DNA of 63,364 bases, counting the filler, from Octopus bimaculoides (taxonomy: Eukaryota), in assembly GCF_001194135.2 (NCBI RefSeq). It is 6 parts of 5 records of this genome, joined end to end, with 100 filler letters (N's around TTAATTAATTAA, not from the genome) between each part and the next. Parts side by side here need not be neighbours in the genome. Positions count along the whole stretch, not along the records: positions 39,741 to 55,246 come from NC_068982.1; positions 55,347 to 62,053 come from NC_068985.1; positions 62,154 to 63,364 come from NC_068988.1; 3 more parts are not named here. One strand, written 5' to 3'. This document shows, one piece after another, positions 53,391 to 63,364 of the stretch; the first letter of the stretch is position 1, and every line of letters begins with the position of its first letter. The translations under genes and the position numbers were made by a program. The notes beneath the pieces are model-generated. The model searched no databases, was not told where the DNA came from, and worked only from the letters and a program-made list of their open reading frames with translations.

Positions 53391-54056
53391 GTCCTATGTC
53401 TGAAATCAGTGAAAGAATAAAAGAACATATACAGTCCACTTTTACTAGTCTAAGTCATTAGATTGTGACCATGCAGGGGTACTGCTGTCAAAGGTTTCAG
53501 TCAACAGTATTGACTCCGTTACTTAACTTATCAAATCATAAAATTACATATTTGAAAAAGGGACACAATTTGATAAACCAACAAACATAAACACCACACA
53601 CACACACAATGTGCTTTAGTATAGTTTTTCAACAACCAAATTTTATTCACAAGGTATTGGTCAACCCAAGTCTATAGAAAGAGACACTTGCTCAAGGTGC
53701 CACACACTAGGATTGAGTCCCAAGCCACAAGGTTGTGAAGTGAAATTCTTAACCTCACAGATAAAATTATATAAAAAGATATTTTCATAAAAATTTGTGA
53801 GTACATAACTAATTATGTACATAACTAATTAAAGTACATAAAGTACATAATTAATTAAAGTACGTAACTAATTATGTTACTGCCTCACTAATGTTTATGG
53901 TTTCAGAAATTTTGTGCTTGAGTACTTAAAAATAAAAGTTAACTTAAATCATGTGAATCCAACTAATTGTATAAATGTAACTTGGTACATTCATTTTGGG
54001 ATTGACAAATAAGAGGTAAGGTTACAGCATTTTTAAAGCATGGTGATCATCTATAG

Positions 54057-54292
54057 CAGAGGTTCTCAACTGGGGTCTACATAGGATTTTATTGCTAAAA
54101 TTTATGTGCAATAAACTGGTTATATTTCTATATTACACGAAATGTTTTAACAATTTTTTTATATGATTTATAATAATATTTAAATCTAAAAATATTATAG
54201 GATTTTTTTAAACCTCAAATAGCTATGAGGGTCCAACCAAGCAAAATAGGAATCAAAAGGTCCATAAGTAAAAAAATGATTGAGAACTGCTG
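54057..54292. mobile_element. hAT (Charlie-like) MITE, 236 bp
   Basis: TIRs CAGAGGTTCTCAA / TTGAGAACTGCTG; 8-bp flanks ATCTATAG and ATCTCAAG (6/8 identical, decayed TSD). Confidence 0.7.
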
Positions 54293-54754
54293 ATCTCAAG
54301 AGAGAAGTTGTTTTCTGAATATGAAATTCAGCAGTGAATCACAAATTCTCATACAAGTCTGCTGGAATCTATTAAGAATGAATATATACATTATTGCTTT
54401 GATTTTCATTGTGATAATAATATAACATTAAAATCTGAAATACCAAATATATAGTGAAAAATATTTGTTAAATCTGAATATTTTCCAAAAGTTTAGAAGT
54501 ATGAACAAGTTTCTTAATTTGGCATCATTGGCAAGTATAGTCTAGTCATAACTTGATAATGTGAAAGTGAACAAACTTATAAATAAATGATAAATAAATG
54601 TATAGAAATGTAACAACATAAAATAATAGGGTTTAGTTTCTAGACAATTTTATTTTCCTCCATCAATGATTATACACTTCAGCATAAATAATAGTCCATG
54701 AATTACTGTATTCAAGAAGACCTGTCCACCACAGCAGAACTGATACAGGTGCTG

Positions 54755-54962
54755 GTACTTCATAAAAGCATTGGTGCTGGTACCACATAAAAAGCACCCA
54801 GTATACTCTGTAGAGTGAATGGCATTAGAAAGGGCATCCAGCCATAGAAACCATATCAAAACAGACAACGGAGCCTGGTGCAGCCCCTGGCCTTACCAGC
54901 TCCAAGCAAACCATTCAACCCATGCCGGCATGGAAGACAGACATTAAATGAAAAATGATGAT
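54755..54962 (+). mobile_element. Family E retroposon fragment
   Basis: aaaagcaccc..gaagggcatccagccatagaaacc..caacccatgccggcatggaagacagacattaaatga. Confidence 0.68.
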
Positions 54963-55246
54963 GAGCTCATAACCTAACACATTTTGCTTATAATGGAGAT
55001 GGCATTTCAGAATTACTCTTTTCTGAAAAGTAAATAGTTAAGTTCATAAGAAAAGACTGGAATGTAGTCTGTTCAAAGGAGCAAAGTGCTTTAGTTTCTT
55101 TTAAGTAAACAAACTATATCTGACAGCAGTAATTCAAAGCATTTATTTATATGAGAGAGTTAAAAAGATTAAATAACTACAAAAAAAAAAAAAAGGACTG
55201 TAAAGCAAAACACTGAAGCATATATATATATATATATATATATATA

Positions 55247-55346
55247 NNNNNNNNNNNNNNNNNNNNNNNNNNNNNNNNNNNNNNNNNNNNTTAATTAATT
55301 AANNNNNNNNNNNNNNNNNNNNNNNNNNNNNNNNNNNNNNNNNNNN
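55247..55346. other. Artificial scaffold spacer N44-TTAATTAATTAA-N44
   Basis: Same 100-bp structure as 14571-14670. Confidence 0.95.
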
Positions 55347-55372
55347 AGACAGAGAGAGACAGAGAGAGAGAC

Positions 55373-55403
<31 letters not shown>

Positions 55404-55467
55404 CAGAGAGAAAGAGACAGAGAGAAAGAGACAGAGAGAAAGAGACAGAGAGAGAGAGACAGAGAGA
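55347..55467. repeat. (GAGACAGAGA)-type GA-rich minisatellite
   Basis: Direct reading. Confidence 0.88.
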
Positions 55468-55561
55468 ATGTGTGTGTGTGTGTAGAAGTGTTAAAAGTTA
55501 AGAGGAAAGTGAGAGAATCAGGAGAGGACAGAATAAGACGCAGACAGAGAGAAAAGGCAGT

Positions 55562-55600
<39 letters not shown>

Positions 55601-56296
55601 GGCGCGGCATTAACAGACCAACATAAACAGAACATGTGAGAGAATGAGAGAGATATATGGAAAGACAGATATATATATAGATAGAGCAAGAGAGAGAAAG
55701 GGAAGAGAGACAGAGACAGACCAACATACAATAAAATGAGGGACTGACATCATATAGATAGAATGGAAGAAGGAGAGAGATTATACTGAAAGACCAATGT
55801 AGAGAGAAAGAGAAAGAGAAATACAGATATACTGAGAAAGGAGAGAGAGAAAGAGAGAGAGGGGGATACATAGACAAATCAATATATAGAGCAAGAGAAA
55901 AGAGAATGAGAAAGAGAAATAAGAGAAAGGGAGTCAAAGCACAGATAGACAGATAGATAGATGGGCGGATTCTCGCAATTCTGAAATCGCTGATGGTGTT
56001 GATAGTTTAATGTAAATAATGGAAATTAAAAGCAGTAGTGCTGCTGCTACTGCAGTTGATGTTGCAAATAGTGCCAAAACTAACTACTGCTGCTGCCATT
56101 AATGATGATGATGGTAATAATGATAGTGATAATGCTGGTTTTTTTTGGGGGGGGGGTTTTAAATAGAAATATCACCCTTCTGAAGCCATCATTCTATTTA
56201 CTGCTGTTTCAGAGTTTAAGAGGCAGCAATTTACAAATATTCAAAACTTGAAAATACAATATTTTTGGTAGAGTCATGTTGAAAAAGTATATCTAT

Positions 56297-56460
56297 AGGC
56301 GCAGTAGTGGCTGTGTGGTAAGTAGCTTGCTTACCAACCACATGGCACCGGGTTCAGTCCCACTGCGTGGCACCTTGGACAAGTGTCTTCTACTATAGCC
56401 TCGGGCTGACCAAAGCTTTGTGAGTAGATTTGGTAGACGGAAACTGAAAGAAGCCCGTCG

Positions 56461-56492
<32 letters not shown>

Positions 56493-56589
56493 TGTGTNNN
56501 NNNNNNNNNNNNNNNNNNNNNNNNNNNNNNNNNNNNNNNNNNNNNNNNNNNNNNNNNNNNNNNNNNNNNNNNNNNNNCACACATACACA

Positions 56590-56625
<36 letters not shown>

Positions 56626-56850
56626 TGTGTATGTGTGTTTGTGTGTCTGTGTTTGTACCCCCACCATCGCTTGACAACCGATGCTGGTGTGTTTACGTCC
56701 CCCGTAACTGAGCGGGTCGGCAAAAAGAGACCGATAGAATAAGTACTAGGCTTACAAAGAATAAGTCCTGGGGTCGATTTTCTCGACTAAAGGCGGTGCT
56801 CCAGCATGGCCACAGTCAAATGACTGTAACAAGTAAAAGAGTAAAGAGAG
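56297..56850 (+). mobile_element. tRNA-derived SINE family C with internal (AT)n/(GT)n, near full length
   Basis: aggcgcagtagtggctgtgtggtaag..gggttcagtcccactgcgtggcaccttgg head; cgcttgacaaccgatg, agaataagtac and ggcggtgctccagcatggcc blocks recur elsewhere in the window. Confidence 0.8.
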
Positions 56851-57289
56851 TATAGCAGAGAAAAAGTGGGGGAAAAGAGAGCAGAAATCATTTGTGTGTG
56901 TGTGTTCATGTCCGTCTTCAGTGGAGCATGATGATCTGGGGTCATGTATGCCTTAGGAGATAAGTTGAGTATTGTCTTGAGTCTCAGAACTCATAAGGCC
57001 AGTTGTCTGTCCCATTTCCTGGCATGTAAATGACTGCGATCGCAACAATCTACTTGAACAGAAATCCAGTTCATTGCAGGACTGCTTGCTCATTTACAGA
57101 CGAGTGGACTGAAGTGGACTGAAGTGTTTTTGCTCAAGAACACAATGGAACAGCTTGGTCCAGGAAATAAAATCCTCAATCATGTGATCATGATCTTAAC
57201 CACGACTAGGCTATGTGCCTTCACACACGTACATATACACATAAACATACATGTACATAAACATGTGTATATATGTGCGGATAGCACAT

Positions 57290-57628
57290 AAGATGTACCA
57301 TCCTGAGCGTGACCGTTGCCAGTACCCCCTGACTGGCCTTGTAGGGTTTTCGAGCGAGATCGTTGTCAGTGCCCCTGGACTGGCTCTTGTGCGGGTGGCA
57401 CATAAAAGACACCATTTCGAGCGTGGCCGTTTTCATGCGGGTGACACGTAAAAGCACCCACTACACTCTCTGAGTGGTTGGCGTTAGGAAGGGCATCCAG
57501 CTGTAGAAACTCTGCCAAATTAGATTGGAGCCTGGTGTTGCCATCCGGTTTCACCAGTCCTCAGTCAAATCATCCAACCCATGCTAGCATGGAAAGCGGA
57601 CGTTAAACGATGATGATGATGATGATGA
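57290..57628 (+). mobile_element. Family E retroposon (RTE-like 3' end, (GAT)n tail)
   Basis: ggaagggcatccagctgtagaaactctgcc..caacccatgctagcatggaaagcggacgttaaacgatgatgat; copies at 39741-39930, 50695-51108 and 54755-54962. Confidence 0.75.
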
Positions 57629-58246
57629 NNNNNNNNNNNNNNNNNNNNNNNNNNNNNNNNNNNNNNNNNNNNNNNNNNNNNNNNNNNNNNNNNNNNNNNN
57701 NNNNNNNNNNNNNNNNNNNNNNNNNNNNNNNNNNNNNNNNNNNNNNNNNNNNNNNNNNNNNNNNNNNNNNNNNNNNNNNNNNNNNNNNNNNNNNTTTATA
57801 AGCCATTTAAAATAACATGACGAAAATATTTTGACAAATTAAATTTAAATGTTGAAGTGAATCTGACGGCTTTTGTGTGTTATTTTAAATGGCTTATAAA
57901 CACCTTCCACGCTGCAATTATATATATATACATATATATATATTTCTCTATCAGTATTTTTGTTGTCTGATACTCTGAATTTCTTGAAATTCTTCTAAAT
58001 GATATTTGGATCTACTTGTCATACATGAGAAATTACTTTGGATGTGTATTCTGCTTGCATTTATTGGATATAGTTAACCAAAGTCATTTAAAACTGAGTG
58101 CTATATTGATATCAGCATGGATATTTTAATTTTTTTTTTTCTTTTTATACAGGCATAGTTGTATATTTAAGAAGCTCACTTTAAAACCATGTGTTTAGTG
58201 TTGCTGCATGGCACCTTTTACTATAGCCCAAGGCCGATCAACAAGA

Positions 58247-58460
58247 TGGCAAGCTGGCAGAATCGTTAGCACGCTGGGTGAAATGCTTAGCGGTATTTCG
58301 TTTGTCTTTATGTTCTGAATTGAAATTCTACCAAGTTTGACTCTGTCTTTCATCCTTTTGGGGCCGATAAATTAATTACCAGTCATGTACTGGAGTCGAT
58401 GTAATCGACAGGAGCCCTCCCCAAAAAATTTTGGGCCTTGTGCCTAGAGTAGAAAAGATC
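58247..58460 (+). mobile_element. SINE family A copy
   Basis: gctggcagaatcgttagcac..cttttggggccgataaattaattaccag..gggccttgtgcctagagtagaaaag. Confidence 0.75.
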
Positions 58461-59564
58461 ATCTTATGACTGAATTTAGTAGATGGAAACTGTATGGAAG
58501 CCTGTCAAAAAATGAAAGGGAGATTGACCTTAGTGGGATTTGAACTCAGAATGTAATGTGCCAGAATAAATGCTGGATGGCATTTTTTCTGATGCTCTCA
58601 TGACTGCCAGCTCAATAACGCAAAGAGCAAGTGTTTGTCAGTTAAAGCAACAGAGACATTTCTGAACTAGACCAAGGGTCATAAATTAGAGGGCGGGGTA
58701 TTGTTAATTTANNNNNNNNNNNNNNNNNNNNNNNNNNNNNNNNNNNNNNNNNNNNNNNNNNNNNNNNNNNNNNNNNNNNNNNNNNNNNNNNNNNNNNNNN
58801 NNNNNNNNNNNNNNNNNNNNNNNNNNNNNNNNNNNNNNNNNNNNNNNNNNNNNNNNNNNNNNNNNNNNNNNNNNNNNNNNNNNNNNNNNNNNNNNNNNNN
58901 NNNNNNNNNNNNNNNNNNNNNNNNNNNNNNNNNNNNNNNNNNNNNNNNNNNNNNNNNNNNNNNNNNNNNNNNNNNNNNNNNNNNNNNNNNNNNNNNNNNN
59001 NNNNNNNNNNNNNNNNNNNNNNNNNNNNNNNNNNNNNNNNNNNNNNNNNNNNNNNNNNNNNNNNNNNNNNNNNNNNNNNNNNNNNNNNNNNNNNNNNNNN
59101 NNNNNNNNNNNNNNNNNNNNNNNNNNNNNNNNNNNNNNNNNNNNNNNNNNNNNNNNNNNNNNNNNNNNNNNNNNNNNNNNNNNNNNNNNNNNNNNNNNNN
59201 NNNNNNNNNNNNNNNNNNNNNNNNNNNNNNNNNNNNNNNNNNNNNNNNNNNNNNNNNNNNNNNNNNNNNNNNNNNNNNNNNNNNNNNNNNNNNNNNNNNN
59301 NNNNNNNNNNNNNNNNNNNNNNNNNNNNNNNNNNNNNNNNNNNNNNNNNNNNNNNNNNNNNNNNNNNNNNNNNNNNNNNNNCGTCACCCCCTCCCCATAC
59401 CGGAAAAAGAACATTGTTATTAAGAGGCAAGCATTTCCAGCTTATACTTCCTATTTACAGTCTTTTGTTAATGGCCGGATGGCAACAAACATATTTACAT
59501 TACAACAGACAAATAATATTGAGAGAGAGAGAGAGAGAGATAGAGAGAAAGAGAGAGAGAGAGG

Positions 59565-59600
<36 letters not shown>

Positions 59601-59989
59601 ATGAGAAGAGAGAGAGAATGAGAAGAGAGAGAGAGAAAGAGAAGGGAGAGACAGAGAGACATTGATATAATACTTTCTATGAACTGATAAGCAATTCTTT
59701 CAGTCATGTATACACATACACACCGATACACACATATACACAATAATGGGGTCTCTTGCTAAAAGAGGCCTTTAACTCGACAAAAGCAATTAGCTAGCTT
59801 ATTGAAGAATCATGGTTTAGCCGATATTACAAGAATCTCAATCAAATAGCCTTGTTTGTTTAAATTTTTCCTACTTTACCAATGAACAATGGATTCCAAT
59901 AGAATTTGGATTTCTTTCCTTTTTCTCACAATTATTTTTTCTTGTAAATTCTTGGTAGAAGAAAACAATGACGGAAAAAGAGGTTTAAA

Positions 59990-60270
59990 ATATTTTACAT
60001 AGCATGCATCATTAAAGAATACAACAGCAAATACAAGCGGCAAAACTGGGGATTCCTCCAAAAGATATCCAAAGTTACCAAAGTGTTACTTCACAGGGTA
60101 CACAGCTCCGAGATCAGAGAGTCTGTCCAAGTTGAGTCTACTAATTCTCCTGCATTGAGAGATCATAACTTTGGTGCTACAGACTTGTGGTTAGATAGAA
60201 TGCTACAGGAAAGATTTCCAAGATGTATTCTTCAAGCTGAGCCAACCAACAGAAGATCAAAGTGTAGATG
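59990..60270 (+). mobile_element. RTE-clade LINE 3' fragment, homologous to 23465-24045
   Basis: RVHSSEIRESVQVES..DRMLQERFPRCILQAEPTNRR; nucleotide similarity to the reverse complement of 23640-23820 is visible. Confidence 0.7.
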
Positions 60271-60622
60271 AAGAAAGTAACATTACCATCATCATCATCA
60301 TCATTTAACGTCTGCCTTCCATGCTAGCATGGGTGGGACTATTATATCCATAGTAAATGGTCAGATAATATCCACAGTCGCAGTTGGTTACACTTGGGAG
60401 TCCAGTAGAAAGGTCCAATGATAATTGCTTCTGATAGGACCCTGAGGACTCTACCCAAACAGCCCTCACAGGAATAGTGAATAGTGATGGAGAGATGGAT
60501 GTCATTAAAATGTAGGGGTTCAAAATAAAAACGTGGTGTAGAAGATTCCAAAAAGTTATAGTCATGAAGAAGTGGTTTGCAAGTGTTGAGTCCCATGGTG
60601 TAATTGATTGTATATTGCCAAT

Positions 60623-60785
60623 AGGCGCAAGCATGGCTGTGTAGTTAAGAAGCTTGCTTTGCAACCACATGGTTTTGGGTTCAGTACCACAGTGTGGTAT
60701 CTTGGGTAAGTGCCTTCTACTATAGCCCCAGGCTAACTAATGCCTTGTGAGTGAATTTGTTAGACAAAAACTGTGGATCCTCAGT
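60623..60785 (+). mobile_element. SINE family C 5' part, CpG-decayed
   Basis: aggcgcaagcatggctgtgtagttaagaagcttgc..gggttcagtaccac. Confidence 0.7.
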
Positions 60786-60828
60786 GTGTGTATGTGCATG
60801 TGTGTGTGTGTGAAAGAGAGAGAGAGAT

Positions 60829-61100
60829 GGTATATGGCCTAGTGGTTAAGGGTGTTGGACTCACAGTCTTCAGATCATGGTTTTGATTCCCAGGATAAGT
60901 GGACTATTGTGTTCTTGATCAAAATACTTCATTTCATGTTGCATTGCCATCACTTCAACATCTGACCTGTGGCACACCCTACACCTGTACAGGCAGGGGA
61001 TTTGATGAACTGAGTTAGCTAACATACAGCACAAGCATTTGACTATAAACCAACCATCTGTTCAGGTTGTTCAGCAAGAAATTGCAGAACCTCATCTATC
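60829..61100 (+). mobile_element. tRNA-derived SINE family D copy
   Basis: tggcctagtggttaagggtgttggactc (A box)..ggttttgattccc (B box); body shared with 14985-15230. Confidence 0.68.
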
Positions 61101-62013
61101 ATATGTGTGCGCGCGCGCGTGTGTGTGTGTGTGTGTGTGTGTTTTCCCACCACCACTTAACTAGTGTTAGTTTGTTTACATCCCTATAATTCAGCAGTTT
61201 GGCAAAAGGTACCCATAGAATAAGTACCAGACTTACAAAACAAACAAGTACTGGGGTCAGTTTATTCAAGAGAAACCTTCAATATGGTTCCCCAGCATGG
61301 CCACAGTCCAAGTACTGACACAAATGAAAGATAACTGATATTGCAGGGCTTGTATGGTAATGATGAAATTCTATGCTGTATAAATGGTACTGTGTGTTCA
61401 ATGGTACCATTACCAAGAGATGGTGGTGGTAGTGGGTTTAATTGAGAAGTTTGTTACTTTAGTCGAGGTCCGCCAGGAAACAGCAAATTCATGATCAGAG
61501 GCATTCCAGCCATGACCGTTTATTCAATCACCATAAGCATAGTGTATCCAGGATTACAAATTCCAATGTGGTTTTCCATCTTTAAAACTGACAAGGCATG
61601 GGATGAAAATATGACTGTTACCTCTAGCAAGTCAAGTAAACACATAGAAGTGCCTTTGATGGTGTATGGGGTATTGTGGGGTTATCTTCAACATTATGTG
61701 GTTGCTTTTGGGTGTGATATGACATGGTGGAATGTTGGCTCTCAAGAGATATCAATATATGAGAATGTGATACAATTCGCTATTGGCTTGTCAGAGATAT
61801 CAATATATATCAAAATGTAATACAATTCAACATGTTGTAAAGTAAAACCACCATTCAATCACTTCTGAATCCACTAAAATGATGTAAAATAGCAATATTA
61901 CACACACACATACCATACATACTCACTTTTTTTCCTTTTATAAATGTGACACTGATAAGTTTCAAGTTATGTAGAAATATAATGGTCACATAACTTGTCA
62001 AATGTTGGACGTA

Positions 62014-62053
<40 letters not shown>

Positions 62054-62153
62054 NNNNNNNNNNNNNNNNNNNNNNNNNNNNNNNNNNNNNNNNNNNNTTA
62101 ATTAATTAANNNNNNNNNNNNNNNNNNNNNNNNNNNNNNNNNNNNNNNNNNNN
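62054..62153. other. Artificial scaffold spacer N44-TTAATTAATTAA-N44
   Basis: Same 100-bp structure as 14571-14670. Confidence 0.95.
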
Positions 62154-62174
62154 ATATATATATATATATATATA

Positions 62175-62420
62175 TATATACTTGTGAGTGGATTTGTACG
62201 CGGAAACTGAAAGAAGACTGTCCTATATGTGTGTGTGAGTTTGTGTGTTTGTACTCTCATCAGCGCTTGACAACCGATGTTTCTGTGTTTACGTCCTCGT
62301 AATTTAGTTGTTAGCCAAAACACATCGATAGAATAAATACTACGCTTACAAAGAATAGGGTAGATTTCTGCTACTAAATGCGGTGCTCTAGCGTGGCCGC
62401 AGTCTCAAACAAGTAAAGCA
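62175..62420 (+). mobile_element. SINE family C 3' part
   Basis: ttgtgagtggattt..ggaaactgaaagaag..gcttgacaaccgatg..gcggtgctctagcgtggccgcagtc. Confidence 0.72.
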
Positions 62421-63332
62421 ATAATAAAAAATCCCTGGCGTTGTAATACCGAGTATCTCTGTTAGATTTTAAATAGTCAGAGTTCGATGAAATCTACAAT
62501 TATTTATATCAATTACTTTCAGATGTTCCAAATATTTATTAACCATTTCTGTTGTGTAACTTCAACTTTTTAGTTAGAGAACATGTGTATATCATTTACA
62601 TAGAAACTAACAGATTAATCAGCTAATTCCTCTAATAGTTAAATTTTATTACTAATTTGAACACAACTTGATATATAATAATGATCAGCAGAAGAATTTA
62701 AATTTAATCACATAACTGGTGGTGAAAAAACAAGTAGCTTCTAAGATATAAGCAGCTCTACTAGCTCTCTGACCATGATTTTCTCTTGTAAAGCGTACAG
62801 TTAATTTGATACTTACAGCACACTTTATCTAATGTATGTTTTAACTAAATATTAGTTTCTAATTTTGGCACAAAACTTGCAGTTTCGGAGAAGGAGGTAA
62901 ATCGATTACATCGTCAACAATGCTGAGTTGGTACTTATTTTATCGACACTGATAGGATGAAAGGCAAAGTCAAACTCGGTGGAAGCTTATGTATTAAATA
63001 AATATTAAATAAGATTTTTTTTCCTAGAATAGCATGTTGCAACAATGGTAGTCTTTAATTGTACAAGTTGTTGTTTTTAGAATTGGCGACAAGCAATCTC
63101 CAAAGGTCGACAGAGTGCTTTCAAAAATTCCGAAATCATTTTGTAATTAATAATAATTCATCTGATATTTTAGATGTGTGCTAAAATACATGTGGGCGTC
63201 AACAACAACGTCTTCAAATAGGAATTACGTTCATTATTCTAACTGAAAGCTGAAGCAAGACAGAGAAATCATAACACGCATTTCTCTAGCTTTGAATTTT
63301 AATACTTTATTCACAAAGTTCTATCCATCCAT

Positions 63333-63364
<32 letters not shown>

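Overview
AT-rich, repeat-dense animal genomic DNA. The repeat repertoire and microsatellite load look like octopus or another coleoid cephalopod, which is my inference and is not confirmed. Five identical 100-bp artificial spacers (N44-TTAATTAATTAA-N44) cut the window into six separately assembled pieces, and there are many other N gaps. The only supportable host gene is a minus-strand alpha/beta-hydrolase of the EPHX3/EPHX4 epoxide hydrolase family. Five GT-AG exons (41762-48976) splice in frame to 274 aa plus stop with all catalytic motifs intact; the start-codon exon was not found. The rest is decayed retroelements (R4/Dong RLE-LINEs, RTE LINEs, a CR1/Jockey-like 3' end, about five SINE-like families), a DD37D Tc1/mariner remnant, MITE-like elements and microsatellites. 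The most interesting signals are several minimal type-I hammerhead ribozyme-like motifs of Penelope/retrozyme type, R4/Dong 3' ends nested in (TAA)n tracts, a 194-bp fold-back hairpin, and CpG decay of SINEs inside the gene-containing region. Nearly all long ORFs in the supplied track are microsatellite or N artefacts. Repeat boundaries are approximate, read by eye.
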